This document shows, in pieces, positions 25,001 through 38,400 of a stretch of 64,000 nucleotides of DNA. The DNA is from Podarcis melisellensis (lineage: Eukaryota). Both the position numbers and the translations under genes were made by a program. Under the pieces are notes generated by a model that saw nothing but the letters and a program-made list of their open reading frames with translations, did no database searches and was not told where the DNA came from. The DNA is taken from NCBI GenBank assembly GCA_964234715.1, contig OZ174276.1. The stretch is one strand, 5' to 3'. The stretch's first letter is position 1. The number at the start of each line of letters is the position of its first letter.

Positions 25001-28000
25001 TCTGTCAGGAGAAGAAAGGCATGTCACTTTTCATGACCTTCCAGGTATTTCCCTTTCAGAACAATGCAAGGTGGTCTTGTATTAAGAAGCAATCATCTAA
25101 CAATTATCTCCCATGGAGACACATCACCTGAATACCCTGAGCTATTAACATTCCGATCCTAGGTGTCCAGGTGCTGCTTTAAGGCAGGGGTGGGAATTGG
25201 ATCTAGCAGATGAGCCAGATCCCAACCTCCCGCAAGTCCCGTGGGCTATTTTGACAGGTGGGTGGGGCCACCACATGTCAATCACTTAATGTCACCATGT
25301 CAAGTAAAGTGTTTAACTTTGCTTATGTGGCATGAAATCCAGCCACGCAGGGAAAGACTATGGGGTTTGCAGGTGACACTAGTCACGATGACCACCTCAG
25401 GTGGCAGGACCCACAGGGGCAGCAGAACCTGATGTCTTTATCTCTCCCCCCCCCATTCCTGGCAAGGAAAGGGGGTGCCATTTTGTGGTTCACCTCAGGT
25501 GCCCAAATGTATTGGACCAGCCTTGGCTCAGATCATAATGGCCATTATTTAATCGGGCCACAACTAGCAGTTTCACAATTCTTTATTTAACATCAGGCAA
25601 GCTGTAACTTTCATCTTCGGAGAAGAACCCAAGAGGAACCATGTGCTGCTGATGCATAGATGTGTATGAGCACAGAGTGAGGGTGGGTCGGGAGCATGTG
25701 GGTGGATGAAGGGATGAGTGTGAATGGAAGGTATATGTGTGAATGGAAGGTATATGGAGCTCTGGCCCCACCCTCTGTTGGCATGTCAACTCTGGAAGGT
25801 AACGTATGGCAGGAATGCAGTCCTCAGGCTGAAGAAGTCTCCCCACCCCTCATTTAGAGGATTTTGTATCGGGGATTAACTTAGTCAAAGGGTACTGATT
25901 ATTTCTGGGAACAGAACCATCTGAAGCATCCGCCCGCTGTAAATAAAGCAACATTGCTCTCCCATCTATTTGTTGGGATGTGAAGTGCATGGTCTCATGG
26001 AGAGAGGCAGTGTCATCAACTGAAGTGCTGCCAAGTGCTCCCTTGACTTCCAGCATTCCTGGAAGTGAATAAGTTTTTCCTTCTCTTTACTGCCATCGTG
26101 AGCCGCAAAGACATTTGTTCTTTCCTTTGTTCTGGGTTAAGGGGGGGAACTAGCAGGAGACAATGCAACAGCACGTTGCTATGAACCACTGGGCGGAGAT
26201 ACAACCAGTACATGTGCGTTTGACTACTGTTCCAAGGAAGGGATATTTGGCAAAGCCCCGTTTGTATCTTTGAAGGATATGCTAGTGAATGATTTGTTCT
26301 GAGATCACCACCTACACAGCCAGGATTTCTGTCTGTACACACAGGCGTGACTGGTTGGCCGTACAGCCCTGGAGCCTTGCCTCTTTTTCCTTCCTTCCCT
26401 GGGCAGTCTCCCTTCCTCTCCACACAAATGCCTCCAGGCTGTATGTCATTGACAAGCAGCAGTTACCTCATGAATCAGACAACCCCCTGTTCAGACCTTG
26501 GGCTCTTCCAAAGGAAATTCCTTAATGTGGAGCACAGGGGGGATGTCTGACTCACATCTTAACTCAGGGTGATCCTGTGGGGTTTGGAATGGACTATGGG
26601 AAAGTATCCCAGAGCACCTGCCATGTTAAGCCAATCCTATTTTCACCCAAGTTATGACAAACACCTAACAAAAATGGCTTTTTTTTTACTGAGAAAAAAG
26701 CCACAAAAGAAACCCCACCTCACAACCAATAGACAATGGTGACTGAGAGTAAAATTCTCCTTTGGCCCAGAAAACCAGCCGCCATTTGAAGCTTCAGTGA
26801 AGAGACTCTAAACTGAGAGAGGGTGAGTTGGGGAAGCTTGATGAAGGGAAAGACCATGACGAGCCCTTTTGAAAAGGCCAGCATTCCACCCACAAGGCCA
26901 CACAAGTGCAGGGCAAGGCCTTGTGAGATGACACAAAAGACCAGGAGGGCCCCTTGCAATTGGAGCTAGCAGCACCGTCCCACAAATTGGTCCCCGGTGC
27001 GCAAAAGAACACAGAACCATGAGTTAAAAGTATGATGTGGAGGTGACCATAGAGTCAGAAGGGGGCCTTGTAGGCCACCAAGTTCATCTCCCTGCTTGAT
27101 ACAGAACTGGATCCTCTCCAACAGATGACTGTCCAGCCTCTGCTTGAAGATCAGCTTGCATTAAGGAAGCAGGATTTCAAGTTTTGCAGAATTTTGATCC
27201 AGTTACATACATGAGGATGGGAAAAGACTGGAGTAAACATGGATATAAAAATGAGAATTTTCTTTAAGGTGATTGCAGATATCTTGAGGTGGTTGGAGAC
27301 TGCAGGCTATTAGTTGACAAGGACCATTAAAGACTGGGATTTCCCAGGATCAAGGATGTCAGACTACCTATTTCCTCCTAAGATGTTTCCTGCATTCTTG
27401 AGTGCTTTGGCCAGAGTAGAAACTTGGAAAGTGGCCTACCGGGCATGCCCTAAATATCTGAGATTCACCACCACCACCCCTCCATTAAAAAGGTGAAAAT
27501 AGAACAAATGGATTCACCATATAATCGTAATCAGTATTTTAAAATATGTAATACTGTCCAATATGTAAAACTAGTTGTACAAATGTGCACACATGTAAGC
27601 CAGCAATTAAAATCTGGCTAAAATTTCTGAAAGTTGTATTATCTTTTTCTGTCACAGTAGGAATCAGTATGTGGGGTTCACCTGACTCCTTCTCATGCAG
27701 TGAGACTTGTACCCTTTTCTTCACCCCATGTACTCACTGATATTGGCTCTGGGCAGGTCAGGAGAACCCCCAAAACAAAGTGTGAAAGGGGAGAGAAGAT
27801 TTCCCTGTAAGCTGAAATGCTTGAGCTGTCAGAACGATCAACTTAATACAGAAGTGAATCTTAATACAATGCTGAGTTCCTCCCAGTGACTATTGAAAGT
27901 TGCCCAAAGAAGGTATTTGCTGCACAATGAACTGTTTTCGCCATAATTATTGTTCAGCATCTGGGACTGGCTCTGATGTGCAGGTGCTAATTTGAGGGAT

Positions 28001-28678
28001 AGTCCCGGTTCTCTCTCAGTCATCTTCTTGCGACTAACCAGAAAAGGGGTGTTCTTTTTCACATGAAGCATCTACAGCGTTTGAGGAATGGTAAGGCTGT
28101 GAGAAGGTCCTAAGCAGCCAGGAAAGCTGATAACCACTGGTTACGCTAATCATCCAAATGTCACCTTGGTCACATTTCAAAGTGGAGACTGGGCCAAAAA
28201 TACAAGAGGCAGAAGAGCATTTTGAGGCTCAGTTCCAAAATAGAGGAGGAGGCGTGTTTGTGGGTGTGTGGAAGAGGAAGGTGTCTTTGTTGCCTTGGGT
28301 ATCATGGTAATCTGAGTTTGTGGGAGTCAGGTTTGTGATAGTCTTGGCTGTGCCAAAAAAATAATTTAATCTACGTACTTAGGAAAATATTTTTTCATAC
28401 GAATAGGGACATCTGAGGCTCGTTTCTTTCCTCATTCCACTTTGATTGTTTTGGATAGCTATACTGTACAGAGGTCTTTGCCGTTGAGGGTGCCCACTCT
28501 GATACACAGAAGGTCAGTCAGTCAGGGTATAAATAGCCAAGCCTACCTCACAGGGATGCTGTGAGGATGAAATCAGGGTGGAGAACCATTTATGCTATCT
28601 TGAGCTCCTTGGTGGTGGGACACAAATGGCATAAGTATTTAAGACGGTCTCTAGTTCTATCAAAGCATCAGATTTTTG

Positions 28679-28874
28679 CCTTACAAAGACCTTTTGAATC
28701 CACACACCATCAGAATCTGAATTTTCAAAACTGGGAGTTCATCACATTTGACCCTCCCCACCCCAGTTCAGCTGTAGTCCAATTTGTTGGTGGGAAATGT
28801 GGACAGAGTAGAATCCACTGGCAATATAAAACCCCTGTATAATACCTGAATAGCCATTTAATCTCCATAATGTG
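28679..28874 (+). repeat. 196-bp segment duplicated in inverted orientation at 29837-30032
   Basis: Reverse-complement match with about 5 mismatches by eye. Confidence 0.95.
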
Positions 28875-29685
28875 TTTGTGATGCGGATTGTAGGGCCATA
28901 ACTTGTAGCTACTATGTAGCTACTGACCTCTGAGCATATCTGTGAGGATGAAGATTTGATAAATATATGTGTACACTTGCAAATATACACACACATACAC
29001 AATGGAGGGACAATGTCAATTGCCAAAAACAGGTGGCTTGAAAGTAAACAGCAAATGCAACTCCAAAACGATGAGTTGACATGTTATTCCCTGAACATAC
29101 GCGAACTCCAGTGGAATGCAAGCTCAGTCATAACTGAATCCAGTATAAACAGCTTTGTATAATCCCACTGGGGAAAGCTTTGGCTTGATAGGAGACATAA
29201 GCAACTAGACTGTGACTGCTTACCTGGTGTGTTTTAGTCATCCCTCCCACCAAAGGCTCCATAAGGAATTGTCTCTGTGGCTGAAGTTTTGGAATAAGGC
29301 ATCAAGCTTAGGCAGTAATGTGATACTCTGTCAACAGAGGAGAAGGCCATGGTTTGAATTCCCAGTGAAGATTTGTACTCATGATCTAAGCTCCATCCTG
29401 GATACTTGAAAACTGAACTTTGCACTTTCAGGAAAGGAGCAGCCAAACTAACCCAAAGAGCTATCATATGAATTGAACCCACCTGTTAACAGGGCAACCT
29501 CAAGTTTCTGCAGTTTCCTCTGTGATAAGGTAAGAAGACAACATGTTGCAGTTGGGTTGATTCCGACATCATGGCGCTAAGGTTGGTTATGCACAAACCT
29601 GTTTGTTGCACGGAAAATGTAGTTTTTCCTCAATCAGGAATCATTCATGCTCAACATGCTGTTTTCCATCTAGATTGATTCTAGA

Positions 29686-30058
29686 CAGGGGTGGAGGAAG
29701 GGGGTGTGGTGGGGGCGGGCCGATCTGGGTGTCACTACTAAGGGGGGTGACAAAATGCCAGGCGGCACTCACCGTGAGGCCTGCTGTGCGCCTGAGCCAC
29801 GCATCTCTCCTGGGAGTGAGGTGGAGGCTTGGCGCCCACATTATGGAAATTAAATGGCTATTCAGGTATTATACAGAGGTTGTATATTGCCAGTGGATTC
29901 TACTCTGTCCACATTTCCCACCAACAGATTAGACTACAGCTGAACTGGGGTGGGGAGGGTCAAATGTGATGAACTCCCAGTTTTGAAAATTCAGATTCTG
30001 ATGGTGTGTGGATTCAAAAGGTCTTTGTAAGGTGCCCAATCGGCTTGCTCCACCACTG
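29686..30058. mobile_element. hAT-type MITE carrying captured flanking DNA
   Basis: TIR caggggtggag / ctccaccactg; perfect 8-bp TSD attctaga (29678-29685, 30059-30066). Confidence 0.85.
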
Positions 30059-30087
30059 ATTCTAGATCCTGCGCTCCATAAGGCTAT

Positions 30088-30474
30088 TAGGGCTGAGTGA
30101 TGTCCAGTTTTCAACATCATGATATATCACCAGCTAAACATCATGATATACCAATATATGACAATGTCAGAAATCAGGATGGAATTGTGTGGAAGCGAAT
30201 GGGGCAATGTCCTGACAACTGCAACTACTTAGGAGTCTAAAACAGAGATATTTTTACTTACCTTTAATGTATTGTTACAACTGTTATTTTATAGTATAGA
30301 GCAACAGGGATGGCAGGAATCATGAGGGAATCCTGATTTTCCCCCACGTCATGATTTTTTACATAGCACACACACACATCATGATTTGCGATATATTGCC
30401 ATGCCAAATATTATTAAACTGTTACCATGATGTGGACTTCAAACCAATTTTGGATGATATATCACCCAGCCCTA
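30088..30474. mobile_element. Old hAT-type non-autonomous element
   Basis: TIR tagggctgagtgat / atcacccagcccta with subterminal gatatat repeats; TSD eroded. Confidence 0.65.
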
Positions 30475-33400
30475 AATGTTAGTTTTTCTCAATTTGGGAT
30501 CACTCATGCTTGGTACAGAAGGACCACCCTCCCTGTTTTTTCAGGATGTATAAGAAGCTTCTGCGAAAGAGTCCAGGTGTCAGACAGGAAGTAAGGACTA
30601 TGGTCACATCTGCACCTCCCCCCCAAAAAAAACCCAGACTCCTGGTGATGTCAATGATGATAATTTTATTATTTATACCCTACCCATCTGTCTGTAGTTT
30701 GTTAAGGTGGCTGGGAATCGTAGTTCTGTTAAGGATAAACTACAGTTCCCAGGATTCTTTGAGAGAAACCATGTGCTTTAAATATATTGTGTGGCTGTGT
30801 TGGGAACCTTCCAGTGGGAAAAATGGGTACAGGGTCTGCAAAAACAGATTTCCCCACCCATGTCCTCATTACATAAAAAGGAAACTCTGCTTATTTTGAG
30901 GGAAGGGAATAATATTCTGTGTTTGTGTAAGTTGAAGAATTAATTGGATAATTGCATTTTTTTAAAAAACCTCTCCCACTATGAAATGCTGGGTCACCAT
31001 GTCTCCCGTGAGTATCAAAGATGTCTGGAAAGCTACTCTAGGGATGCACAATTCCTGTCTGCATTTGTAGGAAGCCTCTCTCTCAGCCACGGATGAAGTC
31101 GATGAAGTCCTTCATTCAATACAGATATATTTTTAGAATTGTGAGCAAAGAAGAGGGTCATGCTGTTGACAGATGCAACCTTGCCTCAGCTCCGAAGCAT
31201 GATGTCAATTTTATTGCATTCCCTGATAATCCCTCACTCCAACCAGCACATCAGCATTAGCAGCAAGTCAGCACTCACTAAAAGCAATGATGCACTTTAT
31301 GCTGGGGCTCTGAGATTCCTCTGGCATTTGCTCTGCAATCTAGATTCTTGCCAGCGCTTCTCTTTCCATGAGCTCACACTATAAACATTTTCACACACCC
31401 TTCCCCTAATGCAATGTTCAGTACAATCAGGCAGAAGGGGGCTCTTTTTCATTGACTGATGCTGAAAGGTGGTGGACGGAGAAGGCAAGGTTGGAGCAGG
31501 GCAGGAATAGTATTTCCTGCTCAGCTAACTTGCCAATCAACACTGGAGGCCAGCAGAGCAGGGACATGTCTTTCTAACTAGCTGTGCTTGCCCCCTGAGT
31601 GTGAATGAATGCAACCTTCAGCCATCCAAGCGGTTCTCTGAAAGACAGCAGCAGTGAGGGACCTGGACAGCCCCCTGTTACTTAATGCAGCCAGGGGGTG
31701 ACTTAAGAGAAAGAAGAGAATTTGCTTGCTTAATATGGAATAATTCAACACTGGTTGAATAGCAGAGCAAAAGAAAAGCGTAATAGCTCAGATGGAATGG
31801 GGTGGAAGATGGAGAAACCTACTAAATTTTGGGCATGCTGTTTGATGTGCAAACACAATGAGCAGTTTAACCCAGATTATTCAGCTAATAGTTTGTCTCT
31901 CAAAGGGAACTGGATCAAGCAACACACATATTGCTACAAGTTATAAAGGAGAAATCATATGATGAATTTAGCAGCAAGAGGTCTAGCTGCATGGAGAGTT
32001 GGGCTGTTTCCATGCTAGAGTCCTTCTTCTTACCTGGATCAAGCAAAATTAAAAGAGATCACACAAACTCGCCTACAAAAGAAGACTCAGAAATATGTCC
32101 TATTGAATTCAGTGGTGTTTCCTCTCAGGAAAACAGGAGCAGAATCTGCAGCCTTAACTTATAGCCATTTTATCCATCAATGACCCTTTCCCATAGTAAA
32201 ATATCCTGATATAATGCTTACTCAGTAAACTCCATTCAGCAAAGTTCCCCAGCAATGTTAGTTAACAGTTTCTTCTTTGCAGGATCAACCCACTTTATTG
32301 CTTCCCTCAGTTGAGGGCTAAACTAGATTTGTGTGATGAGCATTTTTCTTCTTCAAATGAATAGTTGAGCTCTTCAAGATGGCCTGGTTTTGGAGCATTC
32401 ATCCTGATTTGTTTTCAAGGAGGTTAGATGACATTGCTTCAGAACCAATTTTATCCCACACTTTCCAGCACATTTTCCCATCAGTTTCCTTATCATAAAA
32501 GGTCTGATCCTCTTGAGAAGTGGGTTAACCCTTATTGCACAGCCTGGATTTGCTGTGAAGTGATTGAATAGCAGCAGTTTGGAAACAGCCCTGCTCACTA
32601 GGTAGGCCCAATGTCAGCTAGTAGAGTTCTGAAGTGGTTCTGGTCATAACTCCAGGGATGGTTCCAGAAGGTAGGTAGCACTGGTTGGCTAGGATCATGT
32701 GGGCATCAGGATGAATTCTTTTTAAAGATATGCCCCCCCCCAAGCATATGCTACCTGTGGAAGTAAAAAGGGCGTAAGCTGGCACCAAAATAAAAGGAAA
32801 CGTATTTTGCTCTCCAAGTCCCCCTTTTGCACCAAAACTGTTCACCGGCAAAACAATTTGGCATGGCATGAATTGAAATAACCACTCACAACTTGGGCAG
32901 ATTACATATAAAAACAGTTGTAGCTTTGGAAACCATCCAGTCAAGAACCAAAGAATGGAGAGAGAATCCTTTCCTTTTGGTGCTGGGTGCCCTCTCTGCT
33001 AGACATTGGCACTGGGGCTTGGGAGATAATGTACACAGAGTCAGACAAAGGGGATTTAGAGAGCAGGCAGCAGAGCTGTTAAGCTTTGGGATCATTCTCC
33101 CTGTGTCATCTCTGGGACCCATGTTGGTCCAGTTTAAGCACTAGCATGATGATTTCATTCCTGAAGCTTTTCCAATTTCTGTTTGTTTATGAAAAGAATT
33201 ATCTTGACAACACTGTTTCCAAATGAGTGTTCAAGGCTGGGAGGACTTGCTGGACTTCCATCACATATGATGACAGCAGCTAGGTGTGTCCCCGTGTGTG
33301 AGCCTAGGATTTGTGTGACGGAGTCTGAGATTCAGGAAACTCAGTGAGGAAACCAGAAGGACTGGTATGTGCTCTCTGGGAAAGGCAAAGTTTGCACTTT

Positions 33401-34780
33401 GCAAGGCCTCCAGGATTTTTGTTCCTGGAGAGGATGAGATAAGCTCATCTCCAGGAAGCATGATTCACCTCAGCAGTGGAAATGTATTTAAAGAGTTTAT
33501 CTTGATAAATAATGGCTGGTATAAAAATACCTTCCTCCTTAGCCATCTCCAAGCACCAGCATGGCTAGCCAAGGAGCAGCAGTCAAGCATCTCTTTCGCT
33601 TGTCCAGATCTTTTGCTGAGCAGTTTCCAAGTTGCAATTCTCTGCTTTTCAGGGCCTCAGGGCAACTGTTGGGTGGCACATCTTCTTGAATTGAATGTAT
33701 TGACACAGAGACGATGTCACTGGTTTCGTTAGGGCACTGAAACAAGATAGAAGTCCCAGGAATCTAATAATCAGCCCTCAAAGTTTCCATGCATGGACTT
33801 TAAAATAGCCATTGAACTTCTCTCACACATTCATTATGTGGGCTTGTGCTGTCAGACTGGAAGGCAACTGGTCACTCAGATGAACATTCCGGCCAATGTA
33901 GATTTGACATTCATCTGCAAAGAGATGTAGGCAAAAAGGAATCCGCTGGAAGGTTCGCATGTGTAAAAAGCACCACTAGAGTCATGTGGCTCTTGAGACC
34001 TAACTGTCCTCGTAAGTGCGCCATTCATAGGAAATGGCTGCAAAACACATGTGGAAGGTTGGAGATAGCTGAACAGCTCTGTTTACATCTGGAATGTCAG
34101 AGAGTTCACATGGCTAGAAGGGCTTTTGTGTGGCTTTTGTGGTTCCCCAAACAGAAAGAGAGGAGGGCTGGCTGTTGGCGAAGAACCACCACCTTGCTCT
34201 TTTTCCAAAAAAAAAAAAAATGTACACAATCCCTTTTGCCGGGTTGCTGCCTGCAGAGGAGATGCTGGATTTCTTCAGCCAAAGGATGTGTCATTGATGA
34301 GAAATGCTTCTAGCAACTTTGAAACCTGACGCCAAACAGAAAGCAATGACCACACCAACCCGGCATAATCCAGAAGTTGTGCAGCCTTAGGAAGCTGCCT
34401 TATCCTATGCCACACTATAAGCCCATCAAGCTCAAGATTGTTTACATCATGTGTCTCTCTGTGTGTGTTTGTGTAATCTGTGGCCCTCCAGAGGTTGTTA
34501 AACTACAACTCCTATCACTCCTGAGCATTGGCCCTGCTTGCTTGAGGCTGAGAGGAGTTGCCAGGCATGGGCCCTGGGCCCTCTTGAAAAGAAGGCAGGT
34601 GCTCTACCACTAACTTACAGCCCCTTCCTAGAAGGCAAGGGCTAACTACTTAGGCAGCTGGGCAAATGGTTTTTATAATGAATATATCAGGGATGAGGTC
34701 TTCTTGCAGTGCAGCTCCCATCATCCTTGAACACTAGTCCTGGTAGCTGGGATTGGTGGAAGCTGGAGCCCAAGAACATT

Positions 34781-34927
34781 TCATAGAAGCACAGAACTGC
34801 AAACTTGGAAGGGACCACAAGGGTCATCTAATCCAACGCCCTGCAATGCAGGAATCTTTTGTCCAACAAGGGACTCAAACCCCCAGCCCTGAAATTAAGA
34901 GACTCATGCTCTACTGGCTGAGCTATC
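34781..34927 (-). mobile_element. tRNA-headed SINE with CR1-type 3' tail
   Basis: Reverse complement of the family at 12091-12240; a related element lies at about 58003-58128. Confidence 0.7.
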
Positions 34928-35042
34928 TTCTACTATATTGACGAAGCTCAGGTTCCCCATCCTTTAAACATGTACATTATAGCTCTTCCCAGAAAACAGT
35001 GTAAGATTCAAAATAACTCAAGTGAAATGCTCCACCACTGTT

Positions 35043-35073
35043 TCCTCCTCCTCCTCCTCCTCCTCCTCCTCCT
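35043..35073 (+). repeat. (TCC)n microsatellite
   Basis: Direct tandem array. Confidence 0.9.
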
Positions 35074-35326
35074 TCAATTGGCCTTGTTTGAGTAAGAGGC
35101 TCCATCCTGAGGCTTCCTTTGATCCTTGCAGCTGTTTCAACTCACTGGGGATATACTGACAGACCACATTCTAAAGCTTGTCTGCTGTTCAAGAATATGG
35201 CATGATTTGATCCCCCCAGTGATTGGAGGAGGGAAATTATTGCAGAGAACATCTGGGCATGCCTGCCTTGCATATGTAGACAGGATTACCATCGCACTCC
35301 CCAAAAAGGCCACCAGGGATTGTAAG

Positions 35327-36248
35327 GGGGTAAAAATGGTCGGAGAGGGAAGCAACAGGAACCATACTGTGGGTGTCTGTTATAGACCTCAAAGCCAGAC
35401 CAAAGACCTGAATGATGCCTTCCTAGAGCAATTACCAAACATTCAAAAAGGAGAGATATAGTAGTGATGGGAGACTTCAGCTATCCGGATGTGTGTTGGA
35501 ACTGAAACTCTGCCAATAATGCAAGCTCCAACAAATTCCTCCATTGCCTCGCTGAGGATTTCATTTCCCTGAAGGTGGAAGAAGTGACAAGGGGATGAAC
35601 TATCTTGGACCTGGTTCTCACCAACAGGGAGGAACTGATCAACAAACTGGAAGTACTGGGAAACCTGGGAGGAAGTGATCATGTCCTCTTGGGTTTCATC
35701 ACACAGAGGCAAGGAAAAGCTGAATGTAGTCTGACATGCACACTGGACATTCAGGAGGCTGATTTCAAAAAGCTTAAGGATCTACTGGGTGAGATCCCAT
35801 GGTCTAAAATACTCAAAGAGAAGGGAGTCCAAGATGGATGGAAGTTTCTTAAGGGTGGAATGTAGAGGGCACAAAGGCAGACACACCTGACAAGAAATTA
35901 AAGTGGGAGGCATCTAAAGAAACCAGAGTGGCCACATAAGCAGCTTACAGATGAGCTGAGATGTAAGAAATGAATGTACAGCGGTACCTCAGGTTAAGAA
36001 CTTAATTCCTTCTGGAGGTCTGCTCTTAACCTGAAACTGTTCTTAACCTGAAGCACCACTTTAGCTAATGGGGCCTCCTGCTGCTGCACCACCACTGCAC
36101 AATTTCTGTTCTCATCCTGAAGCAAAGTTCTTAACCTGAGGTAATATTTCTGGGTTTGCAGAGTCTGTAACCTGAAGTGTATGTAACCTGAAGCGTATGT
36201 AGCCCGAGGTACCACTGTATAAGAAATGGAAGAAAGGAGAAATCAGAA
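35327..36248 (+). mobile_element. CR1 LINE ORF2 endonuclease-region fragment (decayed, interrupted by a MITE)
   Basis: Translated motifs VGVCYRP, VVMGDF, LDLVLTNREEL, LGGSDH and ADFKKL, with stops and frameshifts. Confidence 0.85.
35979..36217 (-). mobile_element. Tc1/mariner (Tigger-like) MITE, family A, nested in CR1
   Basis: TA|cagcggtacctc ... gaggtaccactg|TA; reverse orientation relative to 6940-7165. Confidence 0.9.
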
Positions 36249-38239
36249 AGGAGCGCGCGCGCACCCCCCCCCCCAACTTAATGGGCATTGCCATTCAAGT
36301 GGGGGGGTGCCATGTCATGTGATCGATTACGTGGAGCAGGGCTTACCCCCCCAATATTTTATTCAAGTTAGCACCTCTGGCTATACATAGGAATGCCGTG
36401 CAAGGCACTTATATTTTCTTGACAGCCAGCAGGTTTCCATCTGTTTCTGCTGAGCTAAGATGTATTTTATGGAACAGCCACTGGAAGGAAACCAAGCATC
36501 ACTTGGAAATCGAGTGGAGTTCAGGTGGGGGTCTGATTTCCAACTTGATTTGTGATGATGAGGGAGGGCTGTGAAATCAGGGCAAACAGGACTGCAGCCT
36601 GAAATGCTTAATAAGAGGCGTTCAGTGGGGAGCAAGCCCCGTTTCCCGAAACTGGAGCCTGCGAGTCTAAATGGAGCTCAAAACGCCTCCTAAGTGGAGC
36701 CAGGCTGTGGGTCTTGGTCTTGCACTCCTGCACACTCCTCCTTCACACTCCTCCTTCACACAACTGCCTGGTTCCAATTTGCTTCTTCCCACTTGGCTCT
36801 TTGCTCCAAGAAAGCTCAGCGAAATCATCTTCCTCCCCCCAATCCCCCATCACTGCACCGATGACCCAAAGGGAGCAGTGAGCGGGATATGAGAAAGGGT
36901 GGAAACAGCGACTCTTGCTCTGTTTTGTCATGGATTTCCTGTCAAGAACTTCTGCTGCAGCAGCCAAGGAATGTAGGCACAGGCCAAGAGTGACCCCGTA
37001 TTGTGGCTCCACCCGGCTCCGCATCTACTTGTACTCTCGTCTCCCCGCTCTGTTCCCTCCTCTTTCCGGGCAAGTGAAGCTCTGGCAGGGAAGGGCTGCC
37101 TTATTCTTTTCCACTTCTCGCACTTAAATTGATTCCTGGAGCCATTTCAAAGGAGTTCTTCCAAAAAGGACTCTGTGCCAAAAGTAGCCATTTTCTAGCC
37201 TGCTCCTCCTGCTTTGCAAAGGAAAGAAGGGTTGTGGCTCCCTCTGCTGGTAAGACAAGAACTTGCAGCATAAGATTCTGAAAACAAAAGTCTATAGAGT
37301 ACCACTGATAGGAAAAGAGGAGCAAAAAGTCCCCTTGACCTGGCTCGCTTGGACCACTAAATACACCTTCTCTATCCCCTTTTCTCATTACAACCCATTT
37401 TCCTCTTCTACTGTCTGTTCATTAAAAAAACAAAACCCGAAGTAGCTAAATACAGAAATTATTAACTATAAAAAAGCTCTGTGTGAAATTTGTATTGACG
37501 CAAGTATGCATTTACCTGCATACATCCTCATTTTCTAGGCTTTCCTTACTTTTTCTCCTGCTGTGTCTCAACTCGGATACTGCGCAATCTGTGACAACTG
37601 GAACATTTTACTTCTTACTATCTATCTGCTTTATGTGATCCCCAAGCTAAGGAGATAAGTAACTAAACAACCTTTAGAAGACCTCTGAAGGCAGCCCTGC
37701 ATAGGGAAGATTTTTAATGTTTCATTTTTTATTATGTTCTTATATATGTTGAAATCTACCCAGAGCGGTTGGGGCAGAGAGAGAAAGAGAGGGAAATGGG
37801 TAAATGTTTATTTTCTGTACAAAAAGAGTCAATTGCCTGTGGCCCCCAGGAAAGTTCCAGCTCAGCAAGCCGCTAGAAATGGCCTGCTACCCCTGAAAGC
37901 TTTGTCTTTTAAAACCATCTTCCCACTAGATAAGAGTAACAGGTAGCATTTCTGCTCATCCCAGTATTGGACAGTGTACCTGCACAGACTGTATTTCTGA
38001 AGTGCCTATATAAATTTGGGGGTGCGGTTGCCTTAAATTGTTTTTCAATGTTAAATGTTAATTTGGATGTTTGCATTTGTATCTGTGGGCTGTTTAGGGG
38101 CCTTTATTGGGGAGTGTATTTTTAATTAGTTTGTATACATTAGTATCGTTAATTATTTTAATTATTTTTATTATGTATTTTGTGCTTTTATATTGTGTTG
38201 TGAACCACCCTGATACCTTCGGGTATAGGGTGGCATACA

Positions 38240-38287
<48 letters not shown>

Positions 38288-38400
38288 TTATTATTTCTAC
38301 CCCGCCCATCTGGCTGGGTTTCCCCAGCCACTCTGGGCGGCTTCCAACAAAATATTAAAATACAATCATTCATCAAATATTAAAAGCTTCCCTAAACAAA
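38240..38400 (-). mobile_element. L2-like LINE 3' end with (TAA)n array
   Basis: (TAA)n at 38240-38287, then cccgcccatctggctgggtttccccagccactctgggcggcttccaac. Confidence 0.7.
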
